The translations under genes and the position numbers were made by a program. A DNA stretch of 64,000 nt from Prorocentrum cordatum (lineage: Eukaryota). Below the pieces are notes generated by a model that did not search any database, had not been told where the DNA came from, and saw only the letters and a program-made list of their open reading frames with translations. Shown here piece after piece: positions 12,266 through 23,120 of this stretch (its first letter is position 1; each line of letters starts with the position of its first letter). Where the stretch lies: the NCBI GenBank assembly GCA_963575745.1, contig CAUYUJ010000309.1, forward strand, positions 1 to 64,000. The letters run 5' to 3'.

Positions 12266-13159
12266 AAGGAAGAGGAGGGGGAGGAGAAGGGGGAGGAGTG
12301 TTGCCTTCCTGGTCGCGCTCGTTTGTCCGCGGCTTTCTTCCGCACGGCCTCCGTGCCCCGGCGCCTGCGCCTGCTCAACTCATCGACTGGACCCATGGAT
12401 GTTCGCTCCCTGGGCGCTCGTTCACCCGGCGTTGATTTACTGCGCCGTCGTGCTCTGCGCCTCAAGTTTTGGCTCTCACCGGGCATCCTCCTTCTGGGAT
12501 GCTTCGTCCTCCCTGGCCGCCATTCTACCTGGCCAACTTCTCCGAGCCTCCGGGCTCACGGCCACTACAAATACTACGTGTACCCTGTCAAATTCTGCAC
12601 CACTCATGGTCAACCGGCCTCGGCCACCTGGCGCTCATTACGCAGCTGCGCTCTGGCGCCCTCCTGCACTTCGTCGGCACGCCCGCGACGGTCTGTACGA
12701 TCTGAGCGGCTCTGTCGTCTCCTCTCCCCTGCTCCACCCGCAATCCGCCGTGCCTCAATCCGTTTCCAGCGCGTCCCGCCCGCAGCCCGACTGGCGCCTG
12801 CACCTGCTTCGGCTGGCTTGCGCCCGCTGACTTCAAAAAGTGTTTGCTCCTCACGGAAGTTCAGGGTGCTCCAGGATGGTACGACTTCTCTGGCGCTGGC
12901 CTCGCCGAGCACACGAGGCTGGACTCGCGTGCGGAACATCCAGGGAGGCCGGGCGGTGGCCGCGCCCGCTGCGGAGGCCCCGGCGCGCCCGGCCACAGGC
13001 GGGCCGAAGGCTGGAGAAACACCTGGCCGCGCGCGTGCATCCAGCCCTCGCCCAGGCCGGCCCCGTCACGTCTTGAGGCCTCCTGGCGCCGCGGGTGGCT
13101 CGAAGTCGGCCGAGATCCGGCCGCCAGCGGTCTTCAACCTGCGACGGCCGCGCTGGTGA

Positions 13160-13324
13160 CTACCTACCAGACCACCCCAACCCAACCCGAAGACCCGAAT
13201 TTCGGGTGGGGGGGGGGGTAAGGGTTCCACACGTGTTTTGTTCGATGTTTCCCGACCCCCCCCACACTGGAAATCGAGGGCAAATGTGAGCCTTCGGGTT
13301 GGGTTGGGGTGGTTTGGTGGGTGG
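13160..13324. mobile_element. MITE-like element with about 40-bp imperfect TIRs
   Basis: CTACCTACCAGACCACCCCAACCCAACCCGAAG pairs with CTTCGGGTTGGGTTGGGGTGGTTTGGTGGGTGG. TGA lies on both flanks. Confidence 0.75.
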
Positions 13325-13338
13325 TGAGCTACGTCGGT

Positions 13339-13512
13339 GGGCTCCGACGGTGTCTGCTCATGGCGCCTCTTCTTAATTCATTACGTCCCTGGCCCCCCCG
13401 CTGGGCCGCACATATGCCGCTGGTCATGATTTGCACCCCCCCCTCTTGGACACCCCTGTCATGATTTGCACCCCGCGCGAACCCATCGTGAGCAGACACC
13501 GTCGGAGGCCCC
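13339..13512. mobile_element. MITE-like element with perfect 19-bp IR
   Basis: CTCCGACGGTGTCTGCTCA (13342-13360) / TGAGCAGACACCGTCGGAG (13489-13507). Internal direct repeat GTCATGATTTGCACCCC occurs twice. Confidence 0.7.
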
Positions 13513-13618
13513 CGCGCGGATCTCCCTCGGGTCGGCGCCAGAGGCCCCCCCCAATTCGCCCGCACGGCGGGCGCGCTCCGCGGGCCTGGCAACAGGGAAG
13601 GGGCCCTGGGACACACAG

Positions 13619-13760
13619 ATAAATGCACAGAAATAACAGGATTCCCCATATTTTCCTATCTTTCCTGGGTTTGTGTCTTCCCCCCCACTTCCCATGTTTT
13701 TGCACATTTTCTGGGGAATCGACGATGAATTGTGTCTGTGTGTTTTTTCCCCTCCTGAAA
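13619..13760 (+). repeat. Family C copy
   Basis: Similar to 8451-8580 and 33932-34072. Confidence 0.85.
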
Positions 13761-13795
13761 CAGGGAGAACGTCAGGGGGGGACCGGCTCAGGGGG

Positions 13796-13945
13796 GATAC
13801 ATCGCCGCTAGATCGGCGACAGCCCCCCGAGGATGGCGAATTCGCAAGTTCCCGGGCGGGGCGGGCTGTCGGGCCCCCAGAACTATCGACGATCAATGGG
13901 CGATGGGGAGTCGATGCATCCCCCCCTGGAGTCTATCCCCCCCCC
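13796..13945 (+). repeat. Dispersed repeat family D
   Basis: GATACATCGCCG..AGATCGGCGA...GGCGAAT.CGCA...AATGGGCGAT.GGG.GTCG, also at 46401-46540 and partially at 63870-63935. Confidence 0.75.
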
Positions 13946-14249
13946 CTGACGCTGCCACGAGAGATCCGCGCGGAGCGCCGAAAGTTTACAGTAGGGGCCC
14001 GACCACAAGAAACCTTCCACCAGAAACCCAACCCTGAGACCCCAGGGCGTCCCTTGCTTGTCGGTGTGGGCACGCCACGCTTTACATCGCAAATTATCCC
14101 GGCAAAGCAACCTAACAGCGATGTGTAGGAGCATATATGGAAGCATTCCCCTTAAGATTCAGATGAGAATCCTGTTGTAGAATTCTGCTGTTCTCGCAGT
14201 CGTAGTCGCATTCGCGATGGCAGTCGCAGTGGCAACGGCAGTCGCAGTC

Positions 14250-15742
14250 ACAGCCTCAGCCTCAGCCTGCCTCAGCCTCAGCCTCAGCCTGCCTCAGCCT
14301 CAGCCTCAGCCTGCTTCAGTCAGTCTGCCTTCAGCCTCAGCCTCAGCCTGCCTCAGCCTGCATCAGCCTCAGCCTCAGCCTCAGCCTGCCTCCTCAGCCT
14401 CAGCCTCAGCCTCAGCCTCAGCCTCAGCCTCAGCCTCAGCCTCAGCCTCAGCCTCAGCCTCAGCCTCAGCCTGCCTCAGCCTCAGCCTCAGCCTCAGCCT
14501 CAGCCTCAGCCTCAGCCTCAGCCTGCCTCAGCCTCAGCCTCAGCCTCAGCCTCAGCCTCAGCCTCAGCCTGCCTCAGCCTCAGCCTCAGCCTGCCTCAGC
14601 CTCAGCCTCCTTCAGCCTCAGCCTCAGCCTCAGCCTGCCTCAGCCAGCCTCAGCCTCAGCCTCAGCCTCAGCCTGCCTCAGCCTCAGCCTCAGCCTCAGC
14701 CTCAGCTCAGCCTCAGCCTGCTTCAGCCTCAGCCTCAGTCTGCCTTCAGCCTCGGCCTCAGCCTCAGCCTTCAGCCTGCCTCAGCCTCAGCCTCAGCCTC
14801 AGCCTGCCTCAGCCAGCTGCTCAGCCTCAGCCTCAGCCTGCCTCAGCCTCAGCCTCAGCCTGCTTCAGCCTCAGCCTCAGTCTGCCTTCAGCCTCGGCCT
14901 CAGCCTCAGCCTGCCTCAGCCTCAGCCTGCATCAGCCTCAGCCTCAGCCTCAGCCTGCCTCAGCATCAGCCTGCCTCAGCCTCAGCCTCAGCCTGCCTCA
15001 GCCTCAGCCTCAGCCTGCTTCAGCCTCAGCCTCAGTCTGCCTTCAGCCTCGGCCTCAGCCTCAGCCTGCCTCAGCCTCAGCCTGCATCAGCCTCAGCCTC
15101 AGCCTCAGCCTGCCTCAGCATCAGCCTGCCTCAGCCTCAGCCTCAGCCTGCCTCAGCCTCAGCCTCAGCCTGCTTCAGCCTCAGCCTCAGTCTGCCTTCA
15201 GCCTCGGCCTCAGCCTCAGCCTGCCTCAGCCTCAGCCTGCATCAGCCTCAGCCTCAGCCTCAGCCTGCCTCAGCATCAGCCTGCCTCAGCCTCAGCCTCA
15301 GCCTGCCTCTGCCTCAGCCTCAGCCTGCTTCAGCCTCAGCCTCAGTCTGCCTTCAGCCTCGGCCTCAGCCTCAGCCTGCCTCAGCCTCAGCCTGCTCAGC
15401 CTCAGCCTCAGCCTCAGCCTCAGCCTCAGCCTGCCTCAGCATCAGCCTGCCTCAGCCTCAGCCTCAGCCTGCCTCAGCCTCAGCCTCAGCTGCTTCAGCC
15501 TCAGCCTCAGTCTGCCTTCAGCCTCGGCCTCAGCCTCAGCCTGCCTCAGCCTCAGCCTGCATCAGCCTCAGCCTCAGCCTCAGCCTGCCTCAGCATCAGC
15601 CTGCCTCAGCCTCAGCCTCAGCCTGCCTCAGCCTCAGCCTCAGCCTGCTTCAGCCTCAGCCTCAGTCTGCCTTCAGCCTCGGCCTCAGCCTCAGCCTGCC
15701 TCAGCCTCAGCCTGCCTCAGCCTCAGCATCAGCCTGCCTCAG
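14250..15742. repeat. (CAGCCT)n satellite with CTGCCT/CAGTCTGCCTT variants
   Basis: Visible directly; source of the spurious 647-aa ORF. Confidence 0.95.
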
Positions 15743-16088
15743 CATTCAAAATGTGGCCCTAGAATGGAGATCTGGGAACTCGAAGAACACGAAGTGGCCT
15801 ACAATTGGCTCCGGGCATTCAAAATCATGCTCAGGAATAGAGTCCTGGGAACTCGAAGACTACGAAGTGGCCTACAATTGGCTCCGGGCATTCAAAATGT
15901 GGCCCGGGAATGAAGTTCTGGGAACTCGAAGAGCACGAAGTAGCCTACAATTGGCTCTGGGCATTCAAAATGTGGCGCGGGAATGGAGTTCTGGGAACTC
16001 GAAGACCACGAAGTGGCCTTCAGTTGGCTCCGGGCATTCAGAATGTGGCCCGGGAATGGAGTTCTGGGACCTCGAAGACCACGAAGTG
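15743..16088. repeat. 73-bp minisatellite, about 4.7 copies
   Basis: CATTCA anchors at 15743, 15816, 15889, 15962 and 16035. Confidence 0.95.
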
Positions 16089-16210
16089 TGTAACTGTTGG
16101 CTAAAAAAGTCCCCCGCACCCTCCCCCGGATCGCGCCCAGACCCCCCTGGGGCGTCATGATGCTCTCATTTGACCCTACTAGAGACGTATCAGTCTTCGC
16201 TGTCAGGTAA

Positions 16211-18363
16211 TTATCCCGGCAAAGCAACCTAACAGCGATGTGTAGGAGCATATCTGGAAGCATTCCCCTCAAGATTCAGATGATAATCCTGTTGTAGAAT
16301 TCTGCTGTTCTCGCAGTCGTAGTCGCATTCGCGATTGCAATCGCAGTGGCAACGGCAGTCGCAGTCACAGCCTCAGCCTCAGCCTGCCTCAGCCTCAGCC
16401 TCAGCCTGCCTCAGCCTCAGCCTGCCTCAGCCTCAGCCTCAGCCTGCTTCAGCCTCAACATCAGTCTGCCTTCAGCCTCGGCCTCAGCCTCAGCCTGCCT
16501 CAGCCTCAGCCTGCATCAGCCTCAGCCTCAGGCCTTGCCTCAGCATCAGCCTGCCTCAGCCTCAGCCTCAGCTCAGCCCGCCTCTGCTCAGCTCAGCCGG
16601 CTTCAGCTCAGCCACCTCAGCCTCAGCTCACAGCACACTCAGCCTGCCTCAGCCTCAGCCTCTAGCCTCTCAGCTGCCTCAGCCTCAGCCTCAGCCTCTG
16701 CCTTCAGCCTCGGCCTCAGCCTCAGCCTGCCTCAGCCTCAGCCTCAGCCTCAGCCTCAGCCTCAGCCTGCCTCAGCACTCAGCCTGCCTCAGCCTCAGCC
16801 TCAGCCTGCCTCAGCCTCAGCCTCAGCCTGCTTCAGCCTCAGCCTCAGTCTGCCTTCAGCCTCACCTCAGCCTCAGGCTGCCTCAGCCTCAGCCTGCATC
16901 AGCCTCAGCCTCAGCCTCCTGCCTCAGCCTCAGCCTGCCTCAGCCTCAGCCTCAGCCTGCCTCAGCCTGCCTCAGCCATCAGCCTCAGCCTCACCTCAGC
17001 CTGCCTCAGCCTCAGCCTCAGCCTCAGCTTCAGCCTCAGCCTCAGTCTGCCTTCAGCTGCCTCATCAGCCTCACCTCAGCCTCAGCCTCAGCCTCAGCCT
17101 GCTCAGCCTCAGCCTCATCTGCCTTCAGCCTCCTCAGCCTCAGCCTGCCTCAGCCTCAGCCTGCATCAGCCTCAGCCTCAGCCTCAGCCTGCCTCAGCAT
17201 CAGCCTGCTTCAGCCTCAGCCTCAGCCTGCCTCAGCCTCAGCCTCAGCTGCTTCAGCCTCAGCCTCAGCCTTCAGCCTGCCTCAGCCTCAGCCTCAGCCT
17301 CAGCCTCAGCCTGCCTCAGCCTGCCTCAGCCTCAGCCTCAGCCTCATCAGCCTCAGCCTTCAGCCTCAGCCTCAGTCTGCCTTCAGCCTCGGCCTCAGCC
17401 TCAGCCTAGCCTCAGCCTGCAGCCTCAGCCTCAGCCTCAGCCTGCCTCAGCATCAGCCTCTGCCTCAGCCTCTCAGCCTCAGCCTCAGCCTCAGCCTCGG
17501 CAGCCTCAGCCTCAGCATCAGCCTCAGCCTCAGCCTCAGCCTGCCTCAGCATCAGCCTGCCTCAGCCTCAGCCTCAGCCTGCCTCAGCCTCAGCCTCAGC
17601 CTGCTCAGCCTCAGCCTCAGCCTCAGCCTCAGTCTGCCTTCAGCCTCGCCTCAGCCTCAGCCTCAGCCTCAGCCTCAGCCTCAGCCTGCATCAGCCTCAG
17701 CCTCAGCCTCAGCCTGCCTCAGCATCAGCCCTGCCTCAGCCTCAGCCTCAGCCTCAGCCTCAGCCTCAGCCTCAGCCTGCCTTCAGCCTCAGCCTCAGCC
17801 TCAGCCTGCCTTCAGCCTCGCCTCAGCCTCAGCCTCAGCCTGCCTCAGCCTCAGCCTCAGCATCAGCCTCAGCCTCAGCCTCAGCCTGCCTCAGCATCAG
17901 CCTGCCTCAGCCTCAGCCTCAGCCTGCCTCAGCCTCAGCCTCAGCCTGCTCAGCCTCAGCCTCAGTCTGCCTTCAGCCTCGGCCTCAGCCTCAGCCTGCC
18001 TCAGCCTCAGCCTGCCTCAGCCTCAGCATCAGCCTGCCTCAGCATTCAAAATGTGGCCCGGGAATGGAGTTCTGGGAACTCGAAGAACACGAAGTGGCCT
18101 ACAATTGGCTCCGGGCATTCAAAATCATGCCCAAGAATTGAATTCTGGGAACTCGAAGACCACGAAGTGGCCTACAGTTGGCTCCAGGCATTCAGAATGT
18201 GGCCCGGGAATGGAGTTCTGGGACCTCGAAGACCACGAAGTGTTTCACTGTTAGCTAAAAAATCCCCAGCACCCTCCCCCGGATCGCGCCCAGACCCCCC
18301 TGGGGCGTCATGATGCTCTCTTTTGACCCTACTAGAAACCTATCAGTCTTCGCTGTTAGGTAA
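16211..18363 (-). mobile_element. Helentron/Helitron2-like non-autonomous element, copy 2
   Basis: Same termini as copy 1. Terminal hairpin ACCTATCAG-TCTTCG-CTGTTAGGT (18338-18361). (CAGCCT)n at 16368-18042 and about 2.7 copies of the 73-bp unit at 18043-18242. Confidence 0.7.
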
Positions 18364-19654
18364 AAACCATCGAAACCCAAGAAACCCAGGGCACCCTTGA
18401 GGCGAGCAGGGTGTTTCTTGGCATGGGTCTCCACTGTATGTTTATGGCTTCTTTCCTCGACTCTCCGACGGCCGCTCGGGGACGCTCCGGGCCCCCCCCG
18501 GGCACGCCCTGGGCGAGATGCAGCTGCGGGAAAGCACTCCGGGGCCAGAAGGCCGCCGAGCACCGACGAGAACGTCTGAAAACCTCGAGCCTCGAGCCCG
18601 AGACTTCACCCCCGTCCGAAGTCCTCGAGCCTCGAGCCCGAGACTTCAGCCCCTGACGCTGCCCCCAGCCCTGCCCCTGACGTGCATCCAGCCCCCTGGC
18701 GCTGCGAGGCGCAGATCGCCGGCCCAGAGGCGGGGGTTGCGACGCGCGAACCGCAGGCCAAGATCGGCGGCTCAGAGATGGGGCCGTGAGGGGTGGGGCC
18801 CTCAGGACAGGAAAGGGCGGTCGAGGAGGGAGGGAGGGAGGGAGGGAGGGAGGGAGAGAGGGAGGGAGGTGTGTTGAGGCAGGAGGGGGGGAAGGAGGAG
18901 GGGTGTGGAGGATGCGGAGGCGGAGGGAGGAGGAAGAGGAGGAGGAGGAGGAGGAGGAGGAGGAGAAGGAGAAGGAGAAGGAGAAGGAGGAGGAGAAGGA
19001 GGAGGAGCAGGAGGAGGACTTCCCAAGCTGAACATAAAGAGGTGTTGTAGCTAGGATGTTTTAAGAAAGAGCAACAAACAAAAAAGGCATTAACATAGAA
19101 GACAATCAGCACAATCATAATGCGCGATATGCTTATCCAGTTGCTTCCTATTATTATTGATACTATTAGTATTCGAGTAGCGTTTGCATGTTCACGAAGG
19201 GTATAGTTGGAGGATGGGGGTGTGGTGGAGGAGCCAACGTGCACGTCCTTGCCATCGCCGCAGTGCTAATACTTTCGCCCTTGCGGGCTTCTCCACTTTT
19301 CTGATTTGTCTTCGCTCTTCCTGCGCAGTTTAATTTGCACTAAGGTGATAAGGACTCGCGTTGGATGCTGCTCGTGGTTTCTGTAGATATTTGTTTACCA
19401 GATAGCTATGCTAACTCTCCTCCCGGGAGCGTATCCGCTGTGCAGCTTCTGTCCCAGCGAGCGCAAAAATCCCGAGCCGGAACCTCACCGTCCGAGGGCC
19501 ACGGGTCCCTGAGGCCCCGCCCCTCGGGGCTCGGGGCCCCATCTTCGAACCGCCGACGAGAGGCCAACCCCGAGCGGCGATCAGAGGGCGATCGGGGGCG
19601 ATGCCAGGAGGCAACTGCCGGGAGGTCGTCGTCGGGAAAAGGATCATGCCCCAC

Positions 19655-20835
19655 TGGGGGCGCTGCTACTACGCCAGATGAGGCCGCGGATTCAGCGGGA
19701 ATAAGCCAGATTCAGCGGGATCAAACGGGATAAAACGGGATCGAGGAGGATTGAGCCCAATTGGTGGGCTGCTGCGCCAGACGAGGCCGCGGACTATGCG
19801 GGAGCAAGCCGGAGCAAGCGGGATTAAACGGGATGGAGGAAGATTGAGCCCCACTACGCCGGATTAGGCCGCGGATTAAGCTGGAGCAAGTCGGAGTAAG
19901 CGGGATTAAACGGGATCGAGGAGAATTGAGCCCAATTGGGGGGCTACTACGCCAGACGAGGCCGCGGATTCAGCGGGAGCAAGCCGGAGTCAGCGAGATT
20001 AAAGAGGATCGAGGACGGTTGAGCCCCACTGGAGGGCAACTACGCCGGATGAGGCCGCGGATTCAGCGGGAGCAAGCCGGAGTCAGCGAGATTTTAAAGG
20101 GTATCGAGGAGAATTGAGCCCCATTGGGGGGCTACTACGCCGGATGAGGCCGCGGATTCAGCGGGAGCACGCCGGAGTCAGCGGGATTAAACGGATTCGA
20201 GGAGAATTGAGCCCCATTGGCGGGCTACTACGCCAGATGAGGCCGCGGATTCAGCGGGAGCAAGCCGGAGTCAGCGGGATTAAACAAATGAGGCCGCGGA
20301 TTCAGCGGGAGCAAGCCAGAGTCAGCGGGATTAAAGAGGATCGAAGATGATGAAGCCCCACTGGGGGGCTACTACCCCGGATGAGGCCGCGGATTCAGCG
20401 GGGGCACGCTGGAGTCAGTGGGATTAAACGGGATCGAGGAGAATTGAGCCCCATTGGGGGCTACTACACCAGATGAGGCCGCAGATTCAGCGGGAGCAAG
20501 CCAGAGTTAGCGAGATTAAACGGGATCGAAGTAGATTGAGTCCCATTGGGGGGCTATTACGCCGGATGAGGCCGCGGATTCAGCGGGAGCAAGCCAAAGT
20601 CAGCGGGATCAAACGGGATCGAGGAGGGTTGAGCCCCATTGGGGGGGGCTACTACGCCAGACGAGGCCGCGAGTTCAGCGAGAGCAAGCCAGTCAGCGGG
20701 ATTAAAAGAATCGAGGAGGATTAAGCTCCATTGGTGGGCTGCGACCCCGGATGAGGCCGCGGATTAAGCGAGAGTAAACCAAATTCATCGGGATAAAACG
20801 GGATGAAGCGGGAATAGGCTGGATGAAGCCGGAGT
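19655..20835. repeat. Minisatellite, about 93-bp unit, about 13 copies
   Basis: GAGGCCGCGGATTCAGCGGGAGCAAGCC... anchors at 19958, 20051, 20146, 20239 and onward. Confidence 0.95.
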
Positions 20836-21728
20836 CAGAACTTGACCTCCCAGGAGTTGCATCCGAATCTATGCAGTCACCCCCTGAGCCCATCCCCCCC
20901 GAACGTTGCCCCAAAGAGGCCCGAGGTGTACTGTGAGGCTGACCTCCGGGTACGCCAAGTCTTCTTCGCTCGGCCAATTACGTCTCAACTCGCCCTCCTC
21001 TGGGCGAGGCCCGCACCAAAGGTCACTCTGGCGAGTGGCCATCTTTTGGCACGGCAAAGCGGGCACGGGAAAAAATGGCACGATGCCCAGCAACAAACCG
21101 TCCGCGGCCGCTGCTGGGCAGGCGACCTTCTGCCTCACATGGACAACGTCCGCGGCGACGCCGACACCGAGGCCAGTTCAAAAATTTCTCAGCCAAGCAC
21201 CCCAATAACAGTAAAGGTGACGAGGCAGATCGAGGAAAAGGAGGCCGGCGAGTGACAGGGATGAGAGCACGGCCATATGCACCTCAGTTTATGTTGCTCT
21301 TTTCGTACTTAAGGACCACATCCCAGAAATAAGTTCGAGCACCCAGAAAAGTGTCGAAACAGTGTCGAACGAGGTTCGCCTCCCAGAGCCCGATACGTGA
21401 AAACCCTCAAGTTTCGGTACTTTCTTGGTGCTCGAAATTCTTTCTGTTGGTCAAGGCTAAAGTAGGTTGGAACATCATAAACCTCGGTGTGTTTTTCTAC
21501 AAAGGATCGTGGCCATCCGGACCAACCATGCAGCTGCCATGGAGGCGAGAGCGCGAGCCCTGAATAATTTCGGAAAGTCTTCAGCGAAACGGCCACCAGC
21601 CCGCGCGGTCTAGGGTTCCTGGTCCCCCCTGTGAGCCTCCCCCTGTGGGACTCCCTGAACCTCCTGTAAAACCCTGCGGCGAAACGACATCAGTAGAGGA
21701 ACAACAGATACAGAAACCAATTTTTGTT

Positions 21729-21849
21729 GGAGGTCCGAGCGGATTTCTTGGATCGGCGCTGGGCACCCTGGCGCGCGGAGCGCGCTAGCGCCGCCAGAGG
21801 CGCCGCCAACGGGGCCCAACGCCGATCCAAGAGATCCGCGCGGACCTCC
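21729..21849. mobile_element. Hairpin MITE family A
   Basis: GGAGGTCCGAGCGGATTTCTTGGATCGGCGCTGGG pairs with CCCAACGCCGATCCAAGAGATCCGCGCGGACCTCC. Confidence 0.8.
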
Positions 21850-22015
21850 GAGAAGTTATGCTTATGCCGCTTCGTGTGCGCATTACGAGATGAGCAGGAG
21901 CTGCCGTCGGTCTGCTAATACGAAGACATGACGAGGATCAAATCGGGCGAGGGTGCTTCGAGAATCTCTGAGATCCGCTGGCTCCGGAGCATGTCTCGGG
22001 CGCCGCGGCCTTCTC

Positions 22016-22875
22016 AGAGCGTTCCGGAACGCTCTAAGGGCGCTCTGTAACGCTGCGGAACGGACGTCTCCTCGTCCGAGCCCCGTGTGAACTGTTCTGC
22101 CCATACTCTGGGTTTCTCAATACGCGTGGGGGTGTACCCCCGACGGGGGTCAACCTCGCCTCGTCGTCGCGCTGCGACGGGGGTCGGAGCGCCTTCGGCG
22201 CGCGGTGGCTGCCCGCGACGGGGGTCGATGTGGGGCTGTCGGCGGGGGTGACGTCCCCCCGACGCTATTGAGAAACTCGGAGTACCCATCTCGATCCTCC
22301 ACAGCCCTGGAAGGCTCTGGAACGGATTTCTCATTGTCTGGATACCATACCCATACCCATACCCATCCCCATACCCATATCGATGGATCGCGTACAGATT
22401 TTGGAATGCAAAGCCCGTGCCCATCGCGGCAAAGCCAGTCGTGTGGCTTAACAAACAACAGGCGCCTGCGACAACAAACACTATCTATTACTCCGAGCGT
22501 TCCGGAACGCTCTGAGGGAGCTCTGGAACGCTCTGGAACGGACTTCTCCTCGTCCGAGCCCCGTGTGAACTGCGTCACCCTTCTGCCCATATAGAGGAAG
22601 AAAAAAAAAAAAAAACATTAACTTTTGGCGCTCAGCGCAAATTCCTTGGATCCGCGCTGGGAATCCTTGCCTGGCGCGCTCCGCGCGCCAGGGGCGGCGC
22701 TGGAGGCGCCGAAGAGGGGCCCAGCGCGGATCCAAGAAATCCGCGCGGAGCGCCAAAATCTCATGTTTACGGTTTTTTGTTCGTCTTCGACTATACCCGT
22801 CGCGGTAAAGCCAGCCGTGTGGCTTAACAATCAACAGGCGCCTGCGACAGCTAACACTATCTACTGCTCCGAACG
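22016..22875. repeat. Interleaved local duplications (22016-22105 vs 22495-22590; 22420-22500 vs 22795-22875)
   Basis: GAGCGTTCCGGAACGCTC...CTCGTCCGAGCCCCGTGTGAACTG occurs twice; AAAGCCAG.CGTGTGGCTTAACAA.CAACAGGCGCCTGCGACA occurs twice. Confidence 0.85.
22614..22767. mobile_element. Hairpin MITE family A
   Basis: AACAT..TTTTGGCGCTC...CTTGGATCCGCGCTGGG / CCCAGCGCGGATCCAAGAAATCCGCGCGGAGCGCCAAAA..ATGTT. Confidence 0.8.
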
Positions 22876-22888
22876 ATCCCCACCGAAC

Positions 22889-23020
22889 CCAATCCCCAGA
22901 CAGGCGACGTCCTGATTTTTTCAGGACGGCGTCCCCGGAAGTCCCGACCCATTCCCCAGGACCGGTTCTTCGTCCCGAATCGTTTCTTGACGGCCCCGAG
23001 GCCCAGCAATGGCCCCCCGT
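22889..23020 (+). repeat. Family B copy
   Basis: Similar to 30108-30265 and to the inverted copy at 1490-1645. Confidence 0.75.
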
Positions 23021-23087
23021 AAGGATTTATTAACCCTGTAGTGTTGCCAGACGAAACACTTAAATCTGTACCACATGATTTTGCCTG

Positions 23088-23120
<33 letters not shown>

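Larger units (their letters stand above)
14094..16210 (-). mobile_element. Helentron/Helitron2-like non-autonomous element, copy 1
   Basis: Subterminal ACCTAACAGCGA (14110-14121) is inverted to TCGCTGTCAGGT at the other end. Internal micro- and minisatellites; head-to-tail with copy 2. Confidence 0.7.
13989..18436. mobile_element. Tc1/mariner-type MITE (about 176 bp) split by a 4.27-kb insertion; halves at 13989-14093 and 18364-18436
   Basis: TA|CAGTAGGGG ... CTCCACTG|TA ends. The joined halves align with intact copies at 33706-33881 and 46061-46236. Confidence 0.85.

Noticed and set aside
10885..13159. 533-747 aa Arg/Pro/Gly-rich ORFs
   Set aside because: GC-rich sequence spanning (GAG)n tracts and open on both strands, with no coherent domain. 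Small real exons inside cannot be excluded.
14217..18313. 639-655 aa ORFs rich in ASAS/QPQP/SLSL
   Set aside because: They are translations of (CAGCCT)n inside a mobile element, open in several frames because the repeat lacks stop codons.
15743..20835. CRISPR-like appearance of the 73-bp and 93-bp arrays
   Set aside because: Units are contiguous tandem copies without unique spacers, there are no cas genes, and the context is eukaryotic.
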